Shown: piece by piece, positions 10,124 through 19,234 of the stretch
Layout: each line of letters begins with the position of its first letter
How positions within the stretch are numbered: position 1 is the stretch's first letter
NCBI GenBank assembly: GCA_038227875.1
Contig: JBBRPR010000008.1
Span: forward strand, 64,001-128,000
Reading direction: 5' to 3'
Length of the DNA: 64,000 bases
Source of the DNA: Planctomycetota bacterium
GTDB lineage: Bacteria; Planctomycetota; SZUA-567; H5-PLA8
Made by a program: the position numbers and the translations under genes
The notes under the pieces: generated by a model
Seen by the model: only the letters and a program-made list of their open reading frames with translations
What the model was told of the DNA's origin: nothing
Database searches by the model: none

Positions 10124-10226
10124 GATTCTTTCGAAGTTAAACGCCGCACGGGTCGAGAGATTTTACAATTCAGAGCGGCGCTGTTTACTCGACATTCGAC
10201 ATTCGCCACTCGACATTCCTTCATTC

Positions 10227-11060
10227 CTAGGTTCCCGCCAGCTCGCCCCCCTGGTTCTGGCCTTCGACGGAGACGAGACACAGTTCGGTTAAGCGCTGCT
10301 GGAGCTCCTCAGGTGTAAGGCCGTGAATCAGCTTGCCTTCCACGCCCAGGGAAATGCGGCCGGTTTCCTCGCTGACCACAACGGTGACGGTGTCGCTTTC
10401 TTCCGTCAACCCCAGCGCGGCGCGGTGGCGCGTCCCGAGGGCCTTGGAGAGCTCCGGGTTTTCCGAGAGTGGAAACAGGCAGCCGGCCGCCGCGACGCGG
10501 TTTCCGACGATGATCACGCCGGCGTCGTGCAGGATCGTGCCGTCGCCGGACTTCCCTTTAAAGAAGATTGTTTCGAGCAGCTCGCGCGTGACTTCCGCGT
10601 TCAGCACCGTGCCGCGTTCGATGTAATCGTTCAGCGGCACCTGGCGCTGGATGGCGATCAACGCGCCGATCGATCGATTGCTCATGTTGGAACACGCTTC
10701 GACAATTTCTGCGATCGATGGCGAGTCGGCCCGGACGAATCGCCCCATTAAAGGGTGGATCCCCAGGCGGAGCAGTCCGCGCCGCAATTCCGGCTGGAAG
10801 ATGATCATCGCTGCGACGATGGAGAGGGCCGCAAGTTTTTCGAAGACCCAGACGATGTGCTCCATCTGGAACAAGTAGCGCGCCGCGACGAAAACGACGC
10901 CGATGGAGACGAAGATCACAACCAGCATGCCGCGCAGCACGCCCGCGCCGCGCGAGCCTTGGAGGAACCGCAAAACGACGTAAAACACCGCCGCGAGAAT
11001 CAGGATCTCGACGATCGCGTTGGCGCCGACGCCTTGCAGCCGCTTGATTAAGTTTGCCAT
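10227..11060 (-). CDS. cdaA: Diadenylate cyclase CdaA
   Basis: Three TM helices, IIFQPELRRGL, GALI, GTRHRAALG and VSEETG. The DGA motif reads DAG. Confidence 0.93.
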   Translation of the reverse strand: MANLIKRLQGVGANAIVEILILAAVFYVVLRFLQGSRGAGVLRGMLVVIFVSIGVVFVAARYLFQMEHIVWVFEKLAALSIVAAMIIFQPELRRGLLRLGIHPLMGRFVRADSPSIAEIVEACSNMSNRSIGALIAIQRQVPLNDYIERGTVLNAEVTRELLETIFFKGKSGDGTILHDAGVIIVGNRVAAAGCLFPLSENPELSKALGTRHRAALGLTEESDTVTVVVSEETGRISLGVEGKLIHGLTPEELQQRLTELCLVSVEGQNQGGELAGT

Positions 11061-11121
11061 TTACACCTCTGTGAATTCATTAAACCGATGATGGGCGCAA
11101 ATGGAAAGGGGAAAACCTTGA

Positions 11122-11973
11122 TCACGACGACCGCGACGGCTTCCGGGGAACGTCGCCGCGGTCCTGCAGGCGGTTCATCAAGACGACGCACGCGACAGTT
11201 TCTTTGACATCGTGAACGCGCAGGATGTCGGCGCCGTTGTTCACCGCGTAAAGTCCGGCGACGATCGATGCCGTGACACGGCCTTCCGGCTTGGCTTCGT
11301 TGGTCAGCGTGCCGAGAAACTGTTTACGCGAGAGTCCCAGTAGCACCGGCAGACCGAATACTCTCAGTTCGCCCACGTGGCGGATGATCTCGAAATTGTG
11401 ATCCGCGGTTTTGCCGAATCCCACGCCGGGATCGATGATCAGCCGCTTGGCGTCGATCCCGGCGTCGAGGCACGCCGCGATGCGCTCATTGAAAAATCGA
11501 TTCAGCGTGGCCATCACGTTCGTGTAGTGGGCGCGCTTCTGCATTGTCTTCGGCGTGCCGGGCATGTGCATGAGCACAATGTCGCACGTGGATTTCCTGA
11601 GCACCGCCATCATTCGCTTGTCGCCGCGCACCGCCGTGATGTCGTTGATCGTTGTCGCACCTTCGGACAGACACGCTTCAGCCACGTCGGCCGACCACGT
11701 GTCGATGCTCACCGGCGCATTGCTCTTCTTCCGGAACAACTTGAGCACCGGCAGCAAGCGGCGCAGCTGCTCCTTCGGCGGCACGGGTTCGCTGCCGGGG
11801 CGCGAGGATTCCGCTCCCATGTCGATAATGTGCGCGCCGTGCATCAGCATCGCGCGAGCGTGCTCGACTGCTGCGTCAGTATCCAGATAACGGCCGCCGT
11901 CTGAAAAACTATCGGGCGTCACATTCAGGATGCCCATGATCAACGGGTAGTTGATGCGCAGTGCCCAGGGCAT
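11122..11973 (-). CDS. folP: Dihydropteroate synthase
   Basis: MGILNVTPDSFSDGG, DPGVGFGK, SRK and RVHDV motifs. Confidence 0.97.
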   Translation of the reverse strand: MPWALRINYPLIMGILNVTPDSFSDGGRYLDTDAAVEHARAMLMHGAHIIDMGAESSRPGSEPVPPKEQLRRLLPVLKLFRKKSNAPVSIDTWSADVAEACLSEGATTINDITAVRGDKRMMAVLRKSTCDIVLMHMPGTPKTMQKRAHYTNVMATLNRFFNERIAACLDAGIDAKRLIIDPGVGFGKTADHNFEIIRHVGELRVFGLPVLLGLSRKQFLGTLTNEAKPEGRVTASIVAGLYAVNNGADILRVHDVKETVACVVLMNRLQDRGDVPRKPSRSS

Positions 11974-12758
11974 CAGTTCTTCGCTCCATGCTGGTTCATA
12001 AACGCGAGTGCCGCAGTGAGGTCCTCCGGCAGCGGCGCTTCGAAACTCAGTGCGGCTTCGGTTTCCGTCGCGGGAAGCTGCAGCGTCGCCGCGTGCAGCG
12101 GCATGCGCGCGAGCAGCACCCGGGGCGTGCCGTTGCGAATTACGTCAGATTCTTTCAGCTCCGCACGGTTTCCGTAAAGTGGATCCACCGCGAGCGGACA
12201 TTGAATGTAGTGAAGATGCACGCGGATCTGGTGCATGCGTCCCTGCTCCGGCCGGACTTCCAGCCACGACCACTCGCGCTTGGCGATCGTGAATTTCGCG
12301 AGCACATCGTAATGCGTCAGCGATTCCCGACCGGCAATGTGGACCCCGCTGGTCTTGGGTTCCGGCGGCGGCGGCACGGGCAGATTCGGATGCGTTTTTT
12401 TGAAGTAAGCGAGCGCGCGTTTCAAGCGTTCGGGCTTGCCGGTCTGATTTTCGAGAATCGGCGCATCGATTTTGCCGCCTTCGCCCACTTCCTGATGCGG
12501 CGCGCCTTCGCACAGCGCCCGATACGTTTTCACCGCGCTGGGCCAGCGCGCCGTGAGCTTCGCCGCCGTCTCCGTATTGCGCGCAAAGACAAGCACACCC
12601 GAGGCATCCTTATCCAACCGATGCACCGGCGTCAGATCCGCAAACCCGCACTCCCGCAACGTCCGCAACAACGACCCACCTGGCCCCGGCGCATCATGAA
12701 CCGCGACGCCGGGAGGCTTGTTGATGACTAAGAGGTCAGTCGACTCAAAGAGGATCAT
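11973..12758 (-). CDS. RluA family RNA pseudouridine synthase
   Basis: INKPPG, VHRLDKDASG, GRMHQIRVH and LHA motifs. Confidence 0.93.
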   Translation of the reverse strand: MILFESTDLLVINKPPGVAVHDAPGPGGSLLRTLRECGFADLTPVHRLDKDASGVLVFARNTETAAKLTARWPSAVKTYRALCEGAPHQEVGEGGKIDAPILENQTGKPERLKRALAYFKKTHPNLPVPPPPEPKTSGVHIAGRESLTHYDVLAKFTIAKREWSWLEVRPEQGRMHQIRVHLHYIQCPLAVDPLYGNRAELKESDVIRNGTPRVLLARMPLHAATLQLPATETEAALSFEAPLPEDLTAALAFMNQHGAKN

Positions 12759-12765
12759 CAGCGGC

Positions 12766-12997
12766 GCGGCCTGAAGGCCGAGGGGTCAGGGGTCAGGGGC
12801 CAGGGGTCAGAGTAGAGTCCGATGTGAGGCTGAAGTTTGCTCACGACATTTTGGCGCGCGGACGGCGCTTTCGCGTTTCGACATTCGACGTTCGACATTC
12901 AAAAATTCCCGCTCGCATAGCGCACCCGCTTCCCGCGTGCTCGTTCCCAACTCTGGCCCCTGACCCCTGTCCCCTGACCCCTCGGCCGCAAGGCCGC
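12766..12997. repeat. 47-bp imperfect inverted repeat made of GGGGTCA heptamers
   Basis: 12766-12812 versus 12951-12997. Internal CGACATT heptamers. Partial copy at 27941-27981. Confidence 0.85.
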
Positions 12998-14223
12998 TAA
13001 GGCAGCGGCATGACGCGGCTGTACACGGCCTTCAAATACCGGCCTTCCGGCACGCGCACGACCCACGGATGATCTGCGGGTGCGCCAAATATGCCGAGGA
13101 TCTGCAGTTCCATGTTCGCTTCCGCCGCAGCGGCGCGCAGAGCCATCACGAAATCGTCTTCGCTGACCAGACCCGTGCACGAGCAACTCAGCAGCACGCC
13201 GCCGGGTTCGATGCACTGCATCCCCAAGCGGTTCATGTCGGCGTAGGCGCTCAGCGCTCGGTTCACTTCGAGCTTATTGATGGCCAGCTTGGCCGGGTCG
13301 AGAATCATGCGGCTGAACTTCGCGCCGGCTGCGCGGCGGTCGCGCAGGACGTCAAAGACGTTGCCGTGCGTGAATTTCAGGTTGTCGCCGATGTTGTTGA
13401 GCGTCTTGTTTTTCTCGGCGACGGCGATGGCGTCCTCGTCGAGATCGCAGGATTCCACCGACGTGGCGCCATTCATCGCCGCGGAAAGTCCGAATCCGCC
13501 GGTGTAGCAGAAGCCGTCGAACACGGTCTGGCCCGCGCAGTATTCGGCCATTCGCCGCCGGTTTTCGCGCTGGTCGAGGAAGTAGCCGGTCTTGTGTCCG
13601 CGGCGCAGGTCGACGTTGAGCTTCAGATTATGCTCGGTGATCACGACCTCGCGGGTCTTCGGCGCGGGGCCGTCCATTTTCAGGCCTTCGAGCTTCTCGG
13701 TGCGGAAATCGGAGCGGACGACGATTTCGCATTCCGGAAAATGTTCGGCGAAGCCCTGGCGGATCCAGTCGAGATGGCGGTGCATGCCCGCGCTGAAGAG
13801 TTGCACGACAATCGCGTTGGCGTAGCGGTCAGCGACCAGCCCCGAGAGTCCGTCGCCTTCTGAATGAACCAGGCGGTAGGCGTCGCAGGTCTTGTTGAGG
13901 TGGAGGACGTCGTGGCGGAGCTTCACCGCGCGCGTGATCGCGCCCATGAACCAGCGGCGATCGGGGTACGACTGGCGGCTGGTGGTGAGCAGACGGATCG
14001 CAATTTCGCTGTGCGGATTGTAGATGCCGCGGCCGACGAACTGGCCGGACTTGTCGTGGACTTCGACCAGTGTGCCGGGATCGATGTCGAGATTGTCCTC
14101 GCCGGCCATGCGCCGGAAGATCCACGGATGGCCGGAATTGTGATGCGTCTTCATGTCGACGATCGGGAGCACATCGCCGGCTTCGGGAAGAATGGGAGTA
14201 TCGTCGTGTTTGCGTTTTCTCAT
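12997..14223 (-). CDS. RlmI-like class I SAM-dependent rRNA methyltransferase
   Basis: HPWIF (PUA), SEGDGLSGLVAD, GHKTGYFLDQRENR, FCYTGGF and EGRYLK motifs. Confidence 0.9.
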   Translation of the reverse strand: MRKRKHDDTPILPEAGDVLPIVDMKTHHNSGHPWIFRRMAGEDNLDIDPGTLVEVHDKSGQFVGRGIYNPHSEIAIRLLTTSRQSYPDRRWFMGAITRAVKLRHDVLHLNKTCDAYRLVHSEGDGLSGLVADRYANAIVVQLFSAGMHRHLDWIRQGFAEHFPECEIVVRSDFRTEKLEGLKMDGPAPKTREVVITEHNLKLNVDLRRGHKTGYFLDQRENRRRMAEYCAGQTVFDGFCYTGGFGLSAAMNGATSVESCDLDEDAIAVAEKNKTLNNIGDNLKFTHGNVFDVLRDRRAAGAKFSRMILDPAKLAINKLEVNRALSAYADMNRLGMQCIEPGGVLLSCSCTGLVSEDDFVMALRAAAAEANMELQILGIFGAPADHPWVVRVPEGRYLKAVYSRVMPLP

Positions 14224-14329
14224 GGGCTGCTAAGGATCGCTTGAAAAAGTTCTAAACGCCGAAAGACATTCGGAATTGGAATGCGGGAGAGTCTAAGGGA
14301 AGCGCGGGCATTGTGCCAATGGAACGGCT

Positions 14330-15061
14330 CTACGGCTGGCTGGAGGGAATCTCGGCGGCGGGAGGTTCCGCCGCGAGACGGTCCTCGGCTGCCTGGGCCA
14401 GTTCGGCTGCGCGGCCGTAGCATAGCCGGGTTGCAACCAGAGTGGAGATGACCAGAAAGATCGAGATATAGAATTGAGGTGGAATATTGACAAATCGTGC
14501 CACCAGGAAAAATACGACATACAGAGGGATTGAAGCTGTCGCCAGCGCCGCATACGGAGTTAATGCCAACGCCGCCGATCGCGCGGCTCCGCGGGGAACG
14601 TTGTGGAAATCCAATCGGTATAGGGCGCAGATAAAACACGCGGGAAATAGCGCCAGCGACACAACGAGGATGATGATCGACATATCCTTGTCGTCCTCCC
14701 ACGTCAGCGCCTGGAAAATCAGTGGCGCGACGCCGGTGCTGAAGACCATTAGAATCAATTCTGAAAGAGTGAAGCGTGGAATGATGCGGCTGTAATCCGC
14801 ATGCTGCGCGCCGGAATTGCGTGTTTGCAGGCGGAGATGCCGCACGAATCCAACGAGATATACGACACCGAGCACGACGGCGCCGTAGATCGACATCGCG
14901 AGGGCGAAGAAGATGACATACGCAAGTGATCGTTCGCGTTTGAACTCCACGCTCGCCGACCTGGGAATGGCCAAGGGATTGAGAATGAAACGGAAGAATA
15001 ACCCACTGACCAGTGCAACAACGCCGGCAAAGACCACATAAGCGAGGAGACCGAAGATCAT
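14330..15061 (-). CDS. Hypothetical multi-pass membrane protein (paralog of upstream gene)
   Basis: About 6 TM segments. Shares IRHLR/VRHLR, IPRFT, FPACF and LYR motifs with 15064-15762. Confidence 0.75.
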   Translation of the reverse strand: MIFGLLAYVVFAGVVALVSGLFFRFILNPLAIPRSASVEFKRERSLAYVIFFALAMSIYGAVVLGVVYLVGFVRHLRLQTRNSGAQHADYSRIIPRFTLSELILMVFSTGVAPLIFQALTWEDDKDMSIIILVVSLALFPACFICALYRLDFHNVPRGAARSAALALTPYAALATASIPLYVVFFLVARFVNIPPQFYISIFLVISTLVATRLCYGRAAELAQAAEDRLAAEPPAAEIPSSQP

Positions 15062-15063
15062 CG

Positions 15064-15762
15064 TTAGATCACTTCCGGCGGGGCGTTCGCGGCCGCCTGT
15101 TCCATCGCTTTCGCGGCCAGGAAACGTCCAATCACCAGGATCAGCACGCAGACGATCGCCACCACGACCGCCATGGCCTTGGCGTCGTTCTTGTCCAGAA
15201 TCAGCGCGAAGAAAACGTAGGGAATCACGGCCGCCGAGGCGATGGCGACAAACGGCGAGAACGCCAGCAGCGCCATGCGCACTTTGCCGCCGGGAACATC
15301 GTGAATCTGCATGCGGTAAAGCACCGCCAGGAAACACGCGGGAAAGGTCAGAATCGCGCAGAGGAAGACAAACACCGTCTCCTCGCGGTCGAAGACTTTC
15401 ATCGACTGAAACAGTACCGGAGTGCAGCTGATGCTGAAGACCATCGCCAGCATGTCGGCCATGGTGAAGCGCGGAATCAGCGGCATTTTATCGCCGGTGG
15501 TGGGGCCGTGTGCCTGGGATTGCCGGCGCAGATGCCGGATCAGTCCGATCGCGTAGTAAAGGATTAGCAGAGGGACGCCGAGGATGAAAATCGTCATGTA
15601 CGCGATGATCATCAACCGCCGTTCGCGCGCGGCGAGTTTGGGGTAGACGTCGGGAATCTCCAGCGGCTTGAGCACGACCCGAAAAACCCACGCAAAGACC
15701 CACGAGGGCAGGTAGAGAAACAACCCCATGAGCGCCAGCCAGAAACCGATGCCGATAAACAT
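15064..15762 (-). CDS. Hypothetical multi-pass membrane protein
   Basis: About 6 TM segments, tandem paralog of the downstream gene. Confidence 0.75.
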   Translation of the reverse strand: MFIGIGFWLALMGLFLYLPSWVFAWVFRVVLKPLEIPDVYPKLAARERRLMIIAYMTIFILGVPLLILYYAIGLIRHLRRQSQAHGPTTGDKMPLIPRFTMADMLAMVFSISCTPVLFQSMKVFDREETVFVFLCAILTFPACFLAVLYRMQIHDVPGGKVRMALLAFSPFVAIASAAVIPYVFFALILDKNDAKAMAVVVAIVCVLILVIGRFLAAKAMEQAAANAPPEVI

Positions 15763-15872
15763 GCCCGGCAGGATAACGCGTTTGGCGCGGCAGTAAAAGG
15801 GGAGAGGTGCTCCGGCACTTCACGCGCGCCTATGTTTGTGTAAACTGGATCTTCAACCAGGAGTTGGTACGG

Positions 15873-16985
15873 ATGGCATTGGGACAAGACGATTCGGCGC
15901 CGTTGCGGGAACAGATCGGCGACGTGTTGCGGCAGCACATTCTCGACGGCAAGTTTGCCGACGGCCGCCTGCCGTCCGTGCGCAAGCTGGCGCAGGAATA
16001 CAAGCTCAGCAAGAGCACGGTCGCCAACGCCATCACCGAACTGAAGCAGCAGGGCCTTCTGCGCACGACGCTGAAGCAGGGCGTCTACATTGCCAGCGGC
16101 GATGCGCAAAAGCGGCCGGAGAAAAAGCGCACCGGCCGCATCGGCGTGTTTGCGCACGGCAGCGACGACATTTTGCGTGACCGCATCTATTTCGACGCGT
16201 TCAATGGCGTGCGGCGAGCCGCCAGCGCCCGCGGCTTCAACGTGCTCTACATGGGCAGCGAAGTCTCTGACGAAGATCATGAAACCGTGCCGATGGGCAT
16301 TCGCGACATCGACGGGCTGATTTACGTGGTCTCGCGGCTGCCCTCCGAAAAGTTTCTGCGCGAAATTGTCCGGCGCAACATACCGCTGGTCATGTTCGAC
16401 AGCCGCGACGCCAAGCAGAGTCTCGATTGCGTCCTGGTCGACAATGTCGAAGGCGCGAAAACGGTCACCCGGCATCTCATCGGCCTGGGGCATCGCCGCA
16501 TCGCGTTTTTGAATTCGGCCGGCGGGCAGAGCGCTCCCGAGCGCCTCGAGGGATATCGCCATACGCTCGAAGAGGCCGGAATTGAATTTGATCCCAATTT
16601 GGTCGCCGGCATTACGCCGCTGGTTTCCAACGGGCGTTCCCACCTGCGCGCGATGCTGCCGCTGAAACCCACCGCGGTTTTCGCCTTCAGCGATTTTCTG
16701 GGCATGGGCGCGATTCTCGCCGCCGAAGACGCGGGGCTTTCCGTGCCGAAAGACCTGAGCATCGCGAGCTTCGGTAACGAAGCCGCGGCAACTTACAAAG
16801 AATGCACCGGCCGTGAATTGACGACGGTGGATGTCGACATGGCTGGTATGGGCGCAGAAGCCGTTAAATTGCTGCTCAAGCGGCTGGAAGGCTCGACCGA
16901 ACCGCCGCAAGTGGTACGGCAGCCGGCGCGCCTGATTATCGGTAACACCACTATAAAATACCGCGCGCCCAAGGCTTCACGCTGA
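15873..16985 (+). CDS. GntR-HTH/LacI-type effector domain transcriptional regulator (AraR-like architecture)
   Basis: RLPSVRKLAQEYKLSKSTV wHTH, then HLIGLGHRRIAF and VPKDLSI. AGGAG RBS. Confidence 0.9.
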   Translation: MALGQDDSAPLREQIGDVLRQHILDGKFADGRLPSVRKLAQEYKLSKSTVANAITELKQQGLLRTTLKQGVYIASGDAQKRPEKKRTGRIGVFAHGSDDILRDRIYFDAFNGVRRAASARGFNVLYMGSEVSDEDHETVPMGIRDIDGLIYVVSRLPSEKFLREIVRRNIPLVMFDSRDAKQSLDCVLVDNVEGAKTVTRHLIGLGHRRIAFLNSAGGQSAPERLEGYRHTLEEAGIEFDPNLVAGITPLVSNGRSHLRAMLPLKPTAVFAFSDFLGMGAILAAEDAGLSVPKDLSIASFGNEAAATYKECTGRELTTVDVDMAGMGAEAVKLLLKRLEGSTEPPQVVRQPARLIIGNTTIKYRAPKASR

Positions 16986-17084
16986 CGCGATCGTGTGGAT
17001 TCCACAAAGGTTGATGTGGATCGCACAGATGGCGGGCGGATCGCCATGTTGTACTGTGAGTGTCTCAATCCCCGGAGACACTGA

Positions 17085-19232
17085 ATGAGCCACGAAGGCC
17101 CGCTGCTCGTCCATACGCCGCAAAAAGATTCCAGCAAAGCCAGCCTCACTGTGGATTTGAATAAGGTCAGTCCGCACACTGTGAACCCGTTTATGTACGG
17201 GAAGTTCTGCGAACATCTCGGGCAGAATATCTACCACGGCATGGACGCCCAAATCCTGCGGAACCCCACGTTTGGCAAGTGGCAATTCGGGGCGGGGGAG
17301 AGCTCCATCCACGGCGGGTCGATGGCCGAGATCGATCAGAAAAAGATCGAGCCTCAGGCGGAACGCTGGTCAAAAGGCCTCGGTCTTCCGCCATCCGCTC
17401 AACTTTATGCCGCGTACCGGGACACGCTGGCCTTCTTCTGGTCGCGGCTGGGCACGAAGGACGAAGTCCGCACCAGCGCCGATGTCGGCCCTAACGGTGA
17501 CCGCGCGCAGCGCGTTGAAATTCAGACCGGCGCGTCCCCCGAACGCGGCATCGCGCAGTGGACCGCCCTGCCGACGCACCGCACCCGGTCCTATCAATAC
17601 CGCGTCATCGCGCGAGCGCAGCGGCCCGTCGCAGTGAAGTTTACGCTCAGCGCATCCGCAGATGGCGGCCAGACGCTCAGCACATTGGCGGCGACGCAAC
17701 TTTCAGTCGGCGAAGACTGGCAGACGTTGACCGGCACATTCGAGATCGACGCGAATGAGAAACTTCCCGAAGGATCGAACTTCCGAGTTGCGCTCACGAC
17801 CGATGGCCCGGCGAATCTCGTCTTCGGTCGCGTGCTGCTCTATCCCAGCGATCACGTGCAGGGCTTCGATCCGGATGTCATCGCCGCGCTGAAAGCCGCG
17901 AAGTTGCCGCTGCTGCGCTGGCCGGGCGGAAACTTTGTCTCCGGGTACCGTTGGCGCGACGGCGTCGGCCCGATCGACGCGCGCCCGACGCGGACCAATC
18001 CCGCGTGGGACGGGCTGGAATACAATTTCATGGGCACCGATGAGTTTGTGGCCTACTGTAAAATCGTCGGCTGCGAGCCGTTCATCTGCGTCAACGGCGG
18101 TGACGGCACGCCCGAAGAGGCTGCCGCCTGGGTCGAATATTGCAACGGCTCGGTCAAGACGCCGATGGGCCGCTTGCGCGCGGAAAATGGCCATCCGGAA
18201 CCGTACAACATCCGCAATTGGGAAGTTGGCAACGAAATTTCCGGTTCGTGGCAGGTGGCGTGGACGTACTCCGGCGGCTACGCCGACCGTTACATGCGCT
18301 TCACCGCGGCGATGCTGAAGGCCGATCCCAGCATCCAGCTTCAGGCCTGCGGCGCGTGCGGCGAAATTACTGGCGAGTGGACCAGCCGCCTGATCTCCGA
18401 TTGCACGCCGCGACTGCGCTCGATCACCTACCACATTCTAAACGGCTGCGGCGTCAACTCGGAGACCGATCCGACGGAACTCTACCACGCGTACATGGGC
18501 CACTCGGTGGAACTCTCGAAGCAATTTGAAGAAGTTCGCCGCACGATGCTCGATGCGGGCATCAAGCAGCCACGCGTCTCAGTGACCGAATGCCAGCTCT
18601 TCCCGCGCTTCCGCGATGAAGTCAAACCCGGCGCAAAACTGACGCCCGCGACAACCATACGCCCCTCAACGATCTCCGAGGCGCTCTACATGACCCTGCT
18701 GGTCAACGCCTGCATCCGCATGGGCGATTTTGTTGAGATGTTTACGCATTCGGCCACGGTTAATCACGGTGGTGGGCTGCGCAAAATCAAGGAGCGCGTT
18801 TTTGGCGAACCGGTCCATCACGCGCACGTCATGAGCGTTCCGCTGATGAAGGGCCGGACCGTCGCGGTGGATCTGGCCTGCGCGACGTACGACACAGACA
18901 CGTCCTTCAGCCAGATACCAAAGCTCGCTGGCGTCCCCAACCTCGATGCGCTGGCGGTGCTGAGCGAAAAGAAGGACGCGCTGATCCTGATGCTCGTTCA
19001 CCGCAGCGCGACCGCCGGACCCGTGCAGTTGAGCTTGGACGTCAAGAATTTCGCTGCCGGTCCTCACGCCGAGGTTGTGACGCTGGCCGACGAAGTTCCG
19101 TACGGCGAAAACACCGCCCAGGAGCCGACGCGCATTCAGCCGCGACTATCGAGTGCCAAGGTCACCGACGGCCGCGTGGCGCTGACGCTCGCGCCATACT
19201 CGTTGACGCGCGTGACGCTGAAAAAGAGCTGA
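17085..19232 (+). CDS. GH51 alpha-L-arabinofuranosidase-like glycoside hydrolase
   Basis: YGKFCEH, RWPGGNF, YRWRDGVGP, GTDEF and WEVGNE motifs. Confidence 0.9.
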   Translation: MSHEGPLLVHTPQKDSSKASLTVDLNKVSPHTVNPFMYGKFCEHLGQNIYHGMDAQILRNPTFGKWQFGAGESSIHGGSMAEIDQKKIEPQAERWSKGLGLPPSAQLYAAYRDTLAFFWSRLGTKDEVRTSADVGPNGDRAQRVEIQTGASPERGIAQWTALPTHRTRSYQYRVIARAQRPVAVKFTLSASADGGQTLSTLAATQLSVGEDWQTLTGTFEIDANEKLPEGSNFRVALTTDGPANLVFGRVLLYPSDHVQGFDPDVIAALKAAKLPLLRWPGGNFVSGYRWRDGVGPIDARPTRTNPAWDGLEYNFMGTDEFVAYCKIVGCEPFICVNGGDGTPEEAAAWVEYCNGSVKTPMGRLRAENGHPEPYNIRNWEVGNEISGSWQVAWTYSGGYADRYMRFTAAMLKADPSIQLQACGACGEITGEWTSRLISDCTPRLRSITYHILNGCGVNSETDPTELYHAYMGHSVELSKQFEEVRRTMLDAGIKQPRVSVTECQLFPRFRDEVKPGAKLTPATTIRPSTISEALYMTLLVNACIRMGDFVEMFTHSATVNHGGGLRKIKERVFGEPVHHAHVMSVPLMKGRTVAVDLACATYDTDTSFSQIPKLAGVPNLDALAVLSEKKDALILMLVHRSATAGPVQLSLDVKNFAAGPHAEVVTLADEVPYGENTAQEPTRIQPRLSSAKVTDGRVALTLAPYSLTRVTLKKS

Positions 19233-19234
19233 CG

